Shown: positions 1-9,462 of the stretch, one piece after another
Numbering within the stretch: position 1 is the first letter of the stretch
Layout: each line of letters starts with the position of its first letter
NCBI GenBank assembly: GCA_046754465.1
Contig: JBHHVU010000005.1
Coordinates: forward strand, 1-64,000
Length of the DNA stretch: 64,000 nt
Direction of reading: 5' to 3'
Origin: Nitrospinaceae bacterium
GTDB taxonomy: Bacteria; Nitrospinota; Nitrospinia; Nitrospinales; VA-1
The notes under the pieces: model-generated
What the model was told of the DNA's origin: nothing
The model's database searches: none
What the model saw: only the letters and a program-made list of their open reading frames with translations
Made by a program: the position numbers and the translations under genes

Positions 1-51
1 GGGCCTGTAGAGGACTTGCACCTCCAAGTAGGTGCGCCCTGCCGGGCGCAC
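1..51 (-). mobile_element. 5' end of a group II intron (class IIC-like), continuing beyond the left edge of the window
   Basis: Minus strand from 51 reads GTGCGCCCGGCAGGGCGCACCTACTTGGAGGTGCAAGTCCTCTACAGGCCC. This has the GUGYG 5' splice consensus and an opening typical of IIC introns, and lies immediately 3' of a terminator hairpin plus U tract. Confidence 0.8.
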
Positions 52-93
52 AAAACAAAAGGGAGGACATCGGCTCGATGCCCTCCCTTTTTT
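52..93 (-). terminator. Rho-independent terminator (potentially bidirectional); intron target site
   Basis: Minus strand GGGAGGGCATCG-AGC-CGATGTCCTCCC-TTTTGTTTT: 12-bp stem with one G.U pair, downstream of the 137..1150 gene. Confidence 0.85.
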
Positions 94-136
94 CATGGCT
101 TGAAGGTTTTTGATCCCGGAAAAAATAAAATGGCGT

Positions 137-1150
137 TCAATCCCTCGTGGTTTTTCTCAAATCCCGGCGCGCCGGGATTTTTTTTCCCAGCGGTTTGACG
201 CACCGGAATCCGAAAGTAGGATTTTTTATGTCCGGCGCCACCACGTTGCGGAAGGAGATCCGGGCTGTCTTTTCATCGCTGGTCCATCCGCCCCCCTTAA
301 CGATCCTGAGAATTTTTTTCTTCGAAGGGGGGTTGTTTCCCGCCGGGGGGGAATACACCGTAGCGACCCATTCCCAAACATTGCCGATCATATCCAGGGC
401 GCCGAAGGGGCTCGCTCCCTTGGGATAGGACCCCACGGGCGAGGCAAAGAGGGCACCATCGCCGGCCCCTTGAAGATTGGCTCGTCCGGGCAAATATTTA
501 TTTCCCCAGGGCCAGGGATTTCCCGAATGCCCCCGGGCCGCAGCGATCCATTCCGCCTCGGTGGGTAACCTTTTGCCCGCCCATCGGCAATATCGGGAAG
601 CTTCCGTCCAATCGATTCCCATCGCCGGGCAAGCCGGGCATTCCCGGCCTTCCGTGAAGGCCTTTTCGTCGAAACCGGAATCAAAATTTTTGTATTGTGC
701 CACGGTGATTTCCAGCCGGTCCATGTAAAACGGGGGCAGTTTTGCCAACCGCGAATCCGGTTCGTCCAGACGCTGGGTCCCCCGGGCTGTGTCCAGCAAA
801 CCCGCCAAGTGCTTCCCGGCATCGACCAGGACCATGACCGATCGGTCCCCAGGGTGGATGATGGTGGGCAGCAGGACCTTTTTCTTGCGGAACCGATGAC
901 GGGCGGGAAGGGGATTCCCCGTATTTCGGAAAACCCGTTTCGCCCTGGGTTGAGATAGAACCGAAACGGATTTTCCCACGGATGGGGTTCCGGTTTTTGG
1001 GGATGAACCGTTTCTGGACTTCGAGAAATGTTTATGTTTCTCCGGCCCCGAATCATAAAATCCCGACATCCTGGAATCGGAGGGGGAAGATTTCAAGGAA
1101 CAGCCAAAAAACAACAGCAGCATCATGCTGGCGGGAATGAGAAATTTCAA
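137..1150 (-). CDS. Formylglycine-generating enzyme (FGE-sulfatase/SUMF1) domain lipoprotein
   Basis: Motifs RLPTEAEW, DMIGNVWEW, KGGGW, FGFRC; lipobox-like LFFGC; TTG start overlaps the upstream stop. Confidence 0.85.
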   Translation of the reverse strand: MKFLIPASMMLLLFFGCSLKSSPSDSRMSGFYDSGPEKHKHFSKSRNGSSPKTGTPSVGKSVSVLSQPRAKRVFRNTGNPLPARHRFRKKKVLLPTIIHPGDRSVMVLVDAGKHLAGLLDTARGTQRLDEPDSRLAKLPPFYMDRLEITVAQYKNFDSGFDEKAFTEGRECPACPAMGIDWTEASRYCRWAGKRLPTEAEWIAAARGHSGNPWPWGNKYLPGRANLQGAGDGALFASPVGSYPKGASPFGALDMIGNVWEWVATVYSPPAGNNPPSKKKILRIVKGGGWTSDEKTARISFRNVVAPDIKNPTFGFRCVKPLGKKIPARRDLRKTTRD

Positions 1151-1569
1151 CGTGTTTCCCCGTCCTTCTCAACGAGCGCGTCAAACTTCTTTTTTAACTG
1201 GCGGTACTTCTGGTATTCTTTTCCTGCTTCCTCTTTCCTCCCCATCATCTCGTAGGTATATCCCAGGCTATAATGGGCATTGTGATGGGTCGGGTCAATT
1301 CGTATGACCCTTTTGAAGGCTTGTTCGGCATCCGGGTACATCTGTTTGTAGTTGTAAATTCCACCCAGGCCATAATAAGCTTTGGGGTTGTCGGGACTTT
1401 TTTCAATTGCCTTCAGGTAAGATTCCTCGGCCCGGTCGTATTTTTCCTGGTTGGTGAATTCGATGCCTTCATGGACGTATTCATCGCTTCCTTTGTCCGC
1501 GCAATGCGGCAGCAGGATAAGGGTGGCGGCGAGGAGGAAAAGTTTGAGGGGTCGATGGGAGCAGGACAT
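1147..1569 (-). CDS. Tetratricopeptide repeat protein, probably exported/lipoprotein
   Basis: Three TPR-like units (AYYGLGGIY, AHYSLGYTY) and a hydrophobic N-terminus ending in Cys. Start uncertain (ORF is open to 1638). Confidence 0.8.
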   Translation of the reverse strand: MSCSHRPLKLFLLAATLILLPHCADKGSDEYVHEGIEFTNQEKYDRAEESYLKAIEKSPDNPKAYYGLGGIYNYKQMYPDAEQAFKRVIRIDPTHHNAHYSLGYTYEMMGRKEEAGKEYQKYRQLKKKFDALVEKDGETR

Positions 1570-1682
1570 AGGCGGCAGGCCCTGATAATTTGTATATAGT
1601 TTCGCCCGGCCGTTTTTATCGAGATGGAGGGGTTTCACCGGGATGCCTCCACTATATCATTAACCCGGGATAATCACCACAC

Positions 1683-1836
1683 AAACCCCCGATGAGTGCG
1701 GCAATGGATAAATTCCTTCCCCACCGCACTCCGTGGAGCCTTGGGGTAACCGCTTGAAAGACCGGGTTCCTGAAATCATCCAGATGCCAGTCTACCGTGA
1801 GGGTTCAACCGCAGGGGAACCCGGCCAATGATTTCC
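1683..1836. other. Structured intergenic element (candidate ncRNA or cis-regulatory RNA)
   Basis: Inverted repeats GAGTGCGG..CCGCACTC, GACCGGGTTCC (1760-1770)/GGAACCCGGCC (1816-1826) and GAAATCAT (1772-1779)/ATGATTTC (1828-1835). Confidence 0.35.
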
Positions 1837-1862
1837 ACAACGTCTCTCAATGAAAAAATCGG

Positions 1863-3152
1863 ATGACCCTTGAAACCCTCATAACCCTGTCTGTTTTGGC
1901 ATTCACCGCCGGGTTGGCGCTGACCTTGGCGATTTTGACTTTCCGGGGATTCGGATTGATCCGGATCGGGTGGTTGAATTTTTCCCGGATGAAGGAACTC
2001 GACCGGCAACGGCGGGAATGTTCCGACCCTGAAAAACGTCAGGCCCTGGACGCCGTGATCACCCATTGCCAAGCCCTCCGGAAACGGTGGATCCTCCGTG
2101 AATCCGATATCAGGGTCGGAGCCAACACCCAAAGGTTGATCGATGAAATCGCGTCCGTCTACCATCCCCTGTCCAGTTATCCCCTGGCGGAGGCCCGGCT
2201 GGGCCGGCTTCTGGACGCCTTCGAGGCGTTGAAGGGTAAAATCCAGGTATGGAGCCGGTTGCCGGGCGTGGACCGGTGGACGCGGTTCCGGGTGCGTCAT
2301 GTTCTCATGCTCGCCCGGGCCTGGAAAAAGAAGGAAGAATGGCGGCAATCCTCCCTGGGGCGGGCCATCGCCAAGTATCGGCTGGTCTCTTTTTTCCGCT
2401 GGGTTTACTTTCTGTTCCGGTTCATGGATCTCACGTTTTGGACCTTGAAGATGTTGAGATACATCCTCCAGGACGTAATTTTCAAGATTTTTCTCTTACG
2501 CTGGTACCTTACCGTTGGGGAATTGGCCCTTCAGGTTTACAGCGGCCGGGAGGCCGAACCGGTTCTCCCCGCCGAGGATATCCTTCAGGACCTGGGCTCC
2601 ATCGAGGAAAAGGAAGAGACGCCCGATCTCCCTCCCGGAATCCGGAAAATCGCCGAGTCCTCCCGGAAAAATATCTGGCTGAATTTCGGGTCGCTCGATC
2701 AGGAACAGGTCCGGGATATTTATTTCCAACTGGTGGAGGATATCGCCCGATATTACCATCCCCGCGCCGCCCAGCCGGTTTATGAAGTGAAGCTTTACGG
2801 CCTTCTCACGGCAGTCTCCCGCCTGGCGGGCCAGGCCGCCGCCATCCGCGGCAAACCGGTGCTGAACAAACTGCTGGACCTGAGGATCTCCCATTTGCTT
2901 CTGGTCAAGGATACCGCCGATTATTTGCGGGACAGCGAGTTTATCGCCTGGTTTCGGAAATACCATTTGCACCGCGTCCTGAAGTTCTCCCGCCTCATTT
3001 TCCAGGCCGTGCGGAGAAAACATCCCGGAATCCTTTTCCAGGATTTCGCGTTTACCCTGGTCAAGGAAGCGGGCAAACGTTGGCTCTATATTTACATCCA
3101 CGATAAGATCGCCGAGGAAGCCAACCGGCTCTATCAATCCTCCGGCCCGTAG
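1863..3152 (+). CDS. Hypothetical membrane-anchored protein with an internally duplicated domain
   Basis: 429-aa ORF with an N-terminal TM helix; repeated motif IDEIASVYHP..LAEARL / VEDIARYYHP..VYEVKL. Confidence 0.75.
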   Translation: MTLETLITLSVLAFTAGLALTLAILTFRGFGLIRIGWLNFSRMKELDRQRRECSDPEKRQALDAVITHCQALRKRWILRESDIRVGANTQRLIDEIASVYHPLSSYPLAEARLGRLLDAFEALKGKIQVWSRLPGVDRWTRFRVRHVLMLARAWKKKEEWRQSSLGRAIAKYRLVSFFRWVYFLFRFMDLTFWTLKMLRYILQDVIFKIFLLRWYLTVGELALQVYSGREAEPVLPAEDILQDLGSIEEKEETPDLPPGIRKIAESSRKNIWLNFGSLDQEQVRDIYFQLVEDIARYYHPRAAQPVYEVKLYGLLTAVSRLAGQAAAIRGKPVLNKLLDLRISHLLLVKDTADYLRDSEFIAWFRKYHLHRVLKFSRLIFQAVRRKHPGILFQDFAFTLVKEAGKRWLYIYIHDKIAEEANRLYQSSGP

Positions 3153-4006
3153 TTCTCCCCCCCGGCGCGTTTTCCCGCGGACAATCGATAGGAAATCCGG
3201 ATGCCGCTGGCATACACATCGGCCCAGTGGGATTGCTTTTTTTGCTCCGGCGTAGTTAGGTCACGGAAGGAACACCGCCTGAGGATGTGATCGGACCAGT
3301 CGATGAGATGCCAGTCCATCCCCAGGGACTGGAACCATATTTCCAGAAGAGCCCGTGTGGGCAAACTTATCAGGCTAAGGGTTTTGCCGCGGAATGGGAA
3401 GGAATGGGGCAGGCGGTAATCTTTTTTCCCGGGTTGGGTGAGGGACACCAGCATCAGGGGCAGGTCCAGGGTTTCCTCCGTGATATGGGGGTAAATACCG
3501 GCGGCGTCCTTTCCCTGCACGGCGGCGTACCCTGCGGTGAAGGTGTCGAGCAACACCGTCTCGCGCGCCGCCCGATTCATGAGTTCGAGCAGCCGGTAGG
3601 GCTCCCGGGTGTAATAGAGGGCGCCGAAACAGAGAATGGTGTCGAATCGGTTCTCGGGACCGTTTTCCAGGAAGGTAAAAATATCCGCCACTTCAAAGCG
3701 GCAGGCGGACTCAGGGATCCGATGCCGGTCAAAAAGTTCCCGGCACCGGTGCACCATTTTCTCTTCCACGTCCACGCCCTGCACTTTTTTGGCTCCCAGT
3801 TGGTTCGCGGCATAAGAAAATGTGCCGATATGCGAACCGATATCGAGCACGGTTTTTCCCGAAATGGCATCTCGATGCCGGGCAAGAAGTGTGTCTATGC
3901 GGGCGTTCAGACATTCAAAGTTGTAGGGGACCGCCCACCGGGTCCGCCGGGTATCGGTTGTAAGAAACAGAGAGTCTTCCGGGATGTGTATTTCGGGGCG
4001 CGTCAT
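3134..4006 (-). CDS. Class I SAM-dependent methyltransferase
   Basis: Motif I VLDIGSHIG; FDTILCFGALYY. Confidence 0.8.
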   Translation of the reverse strand: MTRPEIHIPEDSLFLTTDTRRTRWAVPYNFECLNARIDTLLARHRDAISGKTVLDIGSHIGTFSYAANQLGAKKVQGVDVEEKMVHRCRELFDRHRIPESACRFEVADIFTFLENGPENRFDTILCFGALYYTREPYRLLELMNRAARETVLLDTFTAGYAAVQGKDAAGIYPHITEETLDLPLMLVSLTQPGKKDYRLPHSFPFRGKTLSLISLPTRALLEIWFQSLGMDWHLIDWSDHILRRCSFRDLTTPEQKKQSHWADVYASGIRISYRLSAGKRAGGENYGPED

Positions 4007-4144
4007 GGGGGGAAGTTTTCCGAAATTAAGATAGTAAATCTATTTCCATCTAAAAGGTTAAATGGTATAATTATTTTGATTTTTTTGAAGTTATCGAATT
4101 AACCGTCCATTCGGGTGCCAATGAAACCCTTTGTGGAGGTGTTT

Positions 4145-4924
4145 ATGCCAGCCCTGACCCCTATCGTATCCCCGGAGGAGGAAGAACTCCAGCAAAAGCG
4201 GCAGGAGCTTGTGGACCTGGAACAGGAACTGGCCGACAAGGAGTTGGAGCTTTCCACCCTCAAGGGAGAACTGAACCTCTTCGAGCGGCGGTACAACCAG
4301 GTTCTGGGGGCGAAATACGCGGAGCTGGATGAAATCAAGGCCCAGGTACTGGAACTGGCGTGCCGATTTTATCCCCGCTCGGACGAGTTCCGGGCCGAGG
4401 CCAGAACCGCCCGGGAGCGCGCCCGAAAGTCGGCGGATCATTCGGAAAACGCGGGATCGGAAGAACCGCCGGAAGAGGATTTTCAACCTTCCGAGGCATT
4501 GAAAAAGTTGTTTCGCGAGGTGGCGAAAAAAATTCACCCCGATCTGGCATCGAACGCCACGCAAAAAGCGCACCGGCACGAATTGATGGCCCGATTGAAC
4601 CAGGCCTATGACCGATTGGATGAAGAAGGGATTCGCGCGATTCTCATCGAATGGGAGGCCAGTCAGCCCGCGGAAGCCAACGTCACCCTGGGAACCCGGC
4701 TGGTCCGTACCGTGCGGCAAATCGCGCAAATACGAAAGCGGTTGAACCGGATCCGCGATGAGTTGGAAGAGTTGACCCATTCGGGCATGTTTCAATTGAT
4801 GAAAAAGGTTGAATCCGCCGGCGAGGCCGGTACGGGATTGTTGCGGGAAATGGCCGAGGCGGTCCAGGAAAAAATTGTCGCGGTCAAGTCGAGGGTCCGA
4901 GATCTGGCCCACGAGTTCGATTAG
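4145..4924 (+). CDS. Coiled-coil J-domain (DnaJ-like) protein
   Basis: LFREVAKKIHPDL (HPD motif) followed by LNQAY; GGAGGT RBS before ATG 4145. Confidence 0.8.
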   Translation: MPALTPIVSPEEEELQQKRQELVDLEQELADKELELSTLKGELNLFERRYNQVLGAKYAELDEIKAQVLELACRFYPRSDEFRAEARTARERARKSADHSENAGSEEPPEEDFQPSEALKKLFREVAKKIHPDLASNATQKAHRHELMARLNQAYDRLDEEGIRAILIEWEASQPAEANVTLGTRLVRTVRQIAQIRKRLNRIRDELEELTHSGMFQLMKKVESAGEAGTGLLREMAEAVQEKIVAVKSRVRDLAHEFD

Positions 4925-4950
4925 AGGATCCAAGGACAAGCATTTTGATT

Positions 4951-7416
4951 ATGAAAAAAGAAGCCCCCCCCACCGTTTCATCCGACCCGGCCTCCGCCAC
5001 GCTGACGGCTCTCCCCTCCTCCCGGCTTTCCACACGGGGTCCCGATCGTTTTCCCCCAAAGGGAGAGGAAAACAGTCCGCAATTATTCTATCGCCGGAAC
5101 GATGGGTCCCTGGTTTCGCTCGATGGCAAGGAGGCGGCCCGCTGGTTCAGGGAAGCCGAATCGGGAAAGTCCCGGGCGCAGTATAATCTGGGGATGGTGT
5201 ATTTCAAGGGGGTCGGCGTTCCCCGCGATGAAAAAAAGGCCTTCCAATGGTTCCAGAAAGCGGCGCTTCAGGGATACGCCCAGGGCCAGGGGTTCCTGGG
5301 AATCATGTATGAAAACGGGATGGGCGTGCAACGGAATGACCGGGAAAGCCTGCGATGGTACCGGAAAGCCGCCCAAAAGGGCGATCGCACCGCTCAATTT
5401 AATCTGGGAAGAATGTATTATTTCGGCAAGGGAGTTGCCAAAGCTCCCTGGGAAGCCGCCAAGTGGTTTCTGAAGGTCGCCCGAGAGGGCAATGACCTCG
5501 CCCAGAACATGCTCGGCGTGTTGTATGAAAATGGGGAAGGGGTCCCGCAGGATTTCGACAAGGCCGGCGAGTGGTTCCGTAAAGCCGCCCTTCAGGGAAA
5601 CGAGGAGGCCCAGTACAACCTTGGCCATCGTTACGAACAGGGCAAGGGAGTGACCCGGGACCTGCGCAAGGCCCTGCGCTGGTACCGCAAGGCGGCAGAG
5701 TGCGGACTCGGCCTCGCCCAGTTCAAACTGGGTATCCTGTTCTATAAAGGAGAGGGGGTCTCGCCAAATCCCCGGGAAGGATTGCAATGGCTTTGCCGGG
5801 CCGCGGAAGGTGGAAACGAGGAGGCCCAGGAATTTCTGGAAAAAGCCGGCCCCGGTTTCATCACCGGCGCCAGGGAGTCCTTCGATAAAGGCCGGTTCTT
5901 TTACGAACGAGGTGAATATGAAGAGGCCGTTTCCTGGTTCCGCAAGGCGGCAGGGCTCAACCATGTGGAAGCGCAAAACATGTTGGGGGTCCTGTTCGAC
6001 CACGGCAAGGGGATCGAGCCCGATTGCACCGAGGCCGCGAAATGGTACCTGAAAGCCGCCGGGCAGGATCATCCCCAGTCCCAATACCGCCTGGGCATCC
6101 TGTACTTTCTGGGGGAAGGGGTGCCCCAGGATTATGAGAAGTCGCGGTTCTGGCTTGAAAAGGCGGCGCAGGGCAATGTTCCCCCCGCCCAGGTATTCCT
6201 GGGCCTCCTTTATGAAAGAGGCAAAGGCGTGGAGAAGAACGAATCCCGGGCCGGGGAATGGTTCCAGAAAGCGGCCGAGCAGGAAGACGGCGACGGGCAG
6301 TTCCACCTGGCAAGATTTTATTATCACGGCAAGGGCGTATCGAAGGATTTTTCCCGGGCGGCGGAATGGGTTCGCAAGGCAGTCGATCAGGAAAACCCCA
6401 AGGCCCAATACGATCTGGGAAGAATGTATCTTCACGGGGAAGGGGTGCCACAGGATTATGTTCAGGCGGCATACTGGTTTCGCAAGGCGGCGGAGCAGGG
6501 GCATGATTATGCCCAGTACAGCCTCGGCAAGGTTTATTACGAGGGCCGGGGCGTCCACCAGGATTACCGCCAGGCCTTTCACTGGATTCGCCAGGCCGCC
6601 CGGGCGGGAAACAGCCTCGCCCAACACCACCTGGGAATCATGTATGAAAACGGCGAGGGCGGACCCCAAAATCCGGCGGAAGCGGTGAAATGGTATTCCC
6701 GGGCCGCCCAGCAGGGAAACAGCAAGGCCCAGGATAACCTGGGAATGATGTATTTTGTCGGCAGGGGGGTGGATCAGAATTACGAAGAGGCAGCCAAATG
6801 GTACCGCAAGGCGGCCAAAAGAGGGGTGGGCGACGGCCTGGACGAACTGGACCTCATCGATTTTTCCGGGAAGGACTCCGCATCACCCGGCCTTTCCAGG
6901 GCGGTTCAATGGTTGCGTAAAGCGGCGCGAAAAGGTGTGCCCCGGGCGCAAAATCAAATGGGCCTTCTGTACGAAAAAGGCCTCGGCGTCCCCCGAAGCC
7001 CCAAACAGAGCATGAACTGGTACCGCCGGGCGGCGGAACAGGGGGATGAAAATGCCCTCTACAACCTGGGCCGGGTGTTCAGCCAGGGGAAATCCCCCGA
7101 TTTCTCCTCCGCCGGGGCCTGGTTCCTAAAAGCCGCCGAAAAGGGCAATCCCGAAGCGCAGCTCCAACTGGGAAGGTTGTACGAGAGAGGACAGGGCGTC
7201 GCGAAGGATTGCGGGAAAGCCCATGACTGGTATCTCCAGGCCGCCGAGAGCGGCAACGCGGACGCCCGTTACCACCTGGGACTCCTGTATCAAAAAGGCC
7301 TTGGCGTCCAAAAAAACGAGGAAGAGGCCGTCCGGTGGTTCCACCGGGCCGCCGAACAGGGTCACCTCCCCGCCGTCGGGTTCCTCGACAAAATAAAACA
7401 CCCTCCAACGATTTAA
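4951..7416 (+). CDS. Sel1-like repeat protein
   Basis: About 20 repeats of 36 aa of the form AQxxLGxMYxxGxGVxxDxxxAxxWxxKAAxQG. Confidence 0.92.
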   Translation: MKKEAPPTVSSDPASATLTALPSSRLSTRGPDRFPPKGEENSPQLFYRRNDGSLVSLDGKEAARWFREAESGKSRAQYNLGMVYFKGVGVPRDEKKAFQWFQKAALQGYAQGQGFLGIMYENGMGVQRNDRESLRWYRKAAQKGDRTAQFNLGRMYYFGKGVAKAPWEAAKWFLKVAREGNDLAQNMLGVLYENGEGVPQDFDKAGEWFRKAALQGNEEAQYNLGHRYEQGKGVTRDLRKALRWYRKAAECGLGLAQFKLGILFYKGEGVSPNPREGLQWLCRAAEGGNEEAQEFLEKAGPGFITGARESFDKGRFFYERGEYEEAVSWFRKAAGLNHVEAQNMLGVLFDHGKGIEPDCTEAAKWYLKAAGQDHPQSQYRLGILYFLGEGVPQDYEKSRFWLEKAAQGNVPPAQVFLGLLYERGKGVEKNESRAGEWFQKAAEQEDGDGQFHLARFYYHGKGVSKDFSRAAEWVRKAVDQENPKAQYDLGRMYLHGEGVPQDYVQAAYWFRKAAEQGHDYAQYSLGKVYYEGRGVHQDYRQAFHWIRQAARAGNSLAQHHLGIMYENGEGGPQNPAEAVKWYSRAAQQGNSKAQDNLGMMYFVGRGVDQNYEEAAKWYRKAAKRGVGDGLDELDLIDFSGKDSASPGLSRAVQWLRKAARKGVPRAQNQMGLLYEKGLGVPRSPKQSMNWYRRAAEQGDENALYNLGRVFSQGKSPDFSSAGAWFLKAAEKGNPEAQLQLGRLYERGQGVAKDCGKAHDWYLQAAESGNADARYHLGLLYQKGLGVQKNEEEAVRWFHRAAEQGHLPAVGFLDKIKHPPTI

Positions 7417-7605
7417 GCGCCCTCAGAGGGTTCCCGGATTGAGATTAAAGGCACCTCTAAAAATATTTTTTCACGCTAGGGAAGAATTTTTTGTAGGGTT
7501 TGGCCAACGCGTCCGACCAATCAATGCATATTGTCTCCAGCCGTAATCCCCGCTCCCGGGGTAAATCCATGAACCTCCATTAGCCACCCTCAGGGGTAAA
7601 CCGTA

Positions 7606-7637
7606 TTGACTATATATAAAAATCTCTATATATAGAT
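7606..7637. promoter_or_regulatory. AT-rich dyad upstream of pstS-like gene, overlapping a TTGACT -35-like hexamer
   Basis: CTATATATA-N8-TATATATAG (7610-7635) in a GC-rich background. Confidence 0.45.
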
Positions 7638-7669
7638 ATAAATACTCATTAGTTTCCGGGGCGAGGGGA

Positions 7670-8560
7670 ATGATGGTTATAAAGCGTTTTATGAAAATCG
7701 CGGAACCCTTGTTTTTGTGGCCTGTGATCGCGATGTTGGGAATTTTCGCGGTTCCACCCCGGGGCGAGGCCGGGAAAGAGGCCCCGGCTCGGATTAGCGT
7801 GGCCGGTTCCACCACGGTCTTGCCCATTGTCACCCGCGCCGCGGAGAAATTTGTCTCGGACCACAACGGAGAGGTTTCCATCACCGTCAATGCCGGGGGA
7901 TCGGGGGTGGGTATCAATTCCGTGGGCCAGGGCCGGGTGGATATTGGAATGGCCTCGCGCGAGATCACCGCGCGGGAAAGAAAACGGTTTGAAAGCGCCG
8001 ATCTCCGGGTGCACGTGGCCGGACGCGACGCGGTGGCTTGCGTGATTTCCTCGGAAGTTTACAAAGCCGGAATAAAAGTACTTTCCAGAGAACAGATTCG
8101 CGATATTTACCTGGGAAAAATCCGGAATTGGAAAGAACTCGGCGGGCCGGACCGGCGCATCGTCGCGATTGACAAGGAAAGGCACCGCGGGACCCGGCAC
8201 GTGTTCATGCAGTATGTTTTTAATGATGAATACGCCCGCGCGCCGGGAGCGCTTCTGGTGACCGGATCGAACAACGAGGAACAGACCAAAATCGCGCAGA
8301 GCGATTCCGCCATCGGCATGCTTTCTTTCGCCTGGATCAATGATGGCGTCGTCGGCGTGGGCATCCGGCAGGGGAAGGAAATTCTCCAGCCAACCTTGGA
8401 AAACATCCATTCCGGCCGGTATCCCATTTCCCGTAACCTGAACCTGGTAACGCGGGGGAACCCTAAGGGCTGGGTCAAGAAGTTTATCGATTTCGTGCGC
8501 GGTCCCCAGGGACAATGGATTGTCGAGTCCAGTGGGTTCGTCCCTGTATTGCAGCCATGA
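7670..8560 (+). CDS. pstS: Phosphate ABC transporter substrate-binding protein (PstS-like)
   Basis: Signal peptide; AGSTTV, GGSGVG, MASR, YPISR motifs; first gene of a pstCAB-like operon. Confidence 0.8.
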   Translation: MMVIKRFMKIAEPLFLWPVIAMLGIFAVPPRGEAGKEAPARISVAGSTTVLPIVTRAAEKFVSDHNGEVSITVNAGGSGVGINSVGQGRVDIGMASREITARERKRFESADLRVHVAGRDAVACVISSEVYKAGIKVLSREQIRDIYLGKIRNWKELGGPDRRIVAIDKERHRGTRHVFMQYVFNDEYARAPGALLVTGSNNEEQTKIAQSDSAIGMLSFAWINDGVVGVGIRQGKEILQPTLENIHSGRYPISRNLNLVTRGNPKGWVKKFIDFVRGPQGQWIVESSGFVPVLQP

Positions 8561-9462
8561 ATTCGTTTCCCGATGTCACACCGGATTTGCCGGCAAGGAA
8601 AAGTCCCCACGGCGGGGACCCGTTCCGCTGGGCGGTCACCGGTTTGGGGTTAGTCTCGCTGCTCATCCTGGGGACTCTTTTCGTGTACCTGATCTGGGAG
8701 AGTCTGCCGGTTTTGTTCGCCGAAGGATGGAATTTCGTGAGCGGCGGGGACTGGTGGGTGGGTGAGACCTATGGCGCTCTTCCCATGATTTACGGCTCCT
8801 TTCTGGTGACGGGGGTAGCTCTGATTTTTGTATTGCCCCTTGCCCTTGGGGGGGCGGTGTTCACATCGGAATTTCTTTCACCGGGGTACCGTTTGATCGT
8901 GAAGGCCATGATGGAACTTTTTGCCGGGGTTCCGGGAATCATTTACGGTCTCCTGGGGGTGACCCTTCTGGCAGAAGGCGTGAAAAACCTTTTCGGCCTG
9001 ATCGACGGAAACACCTTGCTGACGGCGGGACTGCTCCTGGGCGTCATGGTGCTGCCCACGATCATGACCCTTTCGGAGGACGCCCTGCACGCGGTTCCCG
9101 GTCAGGTCCGCGATACGGGATTGAGCCTGGGGATGACGCAGTGGCAAACGGTGGCAGGCGCGGTGATTCCCCAGGCCCTGCCGGGCATCGGCGGCGCTAT
9201 TTTTCTGGGGCTCGGCCGCGCCATGGGGGAAACCATCGCAGTCATGCTGGTCATTGGCGGACTCGACAAGATCCCCGCTCCCTGGTACAACCTGTTTGCT
9301 CCCGGTCAAAGCATTCCTTCTAAACTGGGACGCGAAGCCGCCGAGGCGATTGGGTCGGGCTTGCACTGGAACGCCTTGATGGGACTGGGTTTGATCCTGT
9401 TCCTGATGGTGATGATCCTCACCCTCGCCGGGAACTTGCTTTTGAAAAGAGTTCGGTCATGA
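8557..9462 (+). CDS. pstC: Phosphate ABC transporter permease PstC
   Basis: ELFAGVPGIIYG, EDALHAVP, GRAMGETIAV; ATGA overlap with pstS. Confidence 0.88.
   Translation: MNSFPDVTPDLPARKSPHGGDPFRWAVTGLGLVSLLILGTLFVYLIWESLPVLFAEGWNFVSGGDWWVGETYGALPMIYGSFLVTGVALIFVLPLALGGAVFTSEFLSPGYRLIVKAMMELFAGVPGIIYGLLGVTLLAEGVKNLFGLIDGNTLLTAGLLLGVMVLPTIMTLSEDALHAVPGQVRDTGLSLGMTQWQTVAGAVIPQALPGIGGAIFLGLGRAMGETIAVMLVIGGLDKIPAPWYNLFAPGQSIPSKLGREAAEAIGSGLHWNALMGLGLILFLMVMILTLAGNLLLKRVRS

Noticed and set aside
4951..7416. 108-bp periodicity as a possible CRISPR or DNA repeat array
   Set aside because: Explained by degenerate protein-level Sel1 repeats; there are no identical repeats with unique spacers. No CRISPR array was seen anywhere in the window.
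7448..7465. GGCACCTCTAAAAA resembling an IS terminal inverted repeat
   Set aside because: No partner repeat or transposase found in the window.
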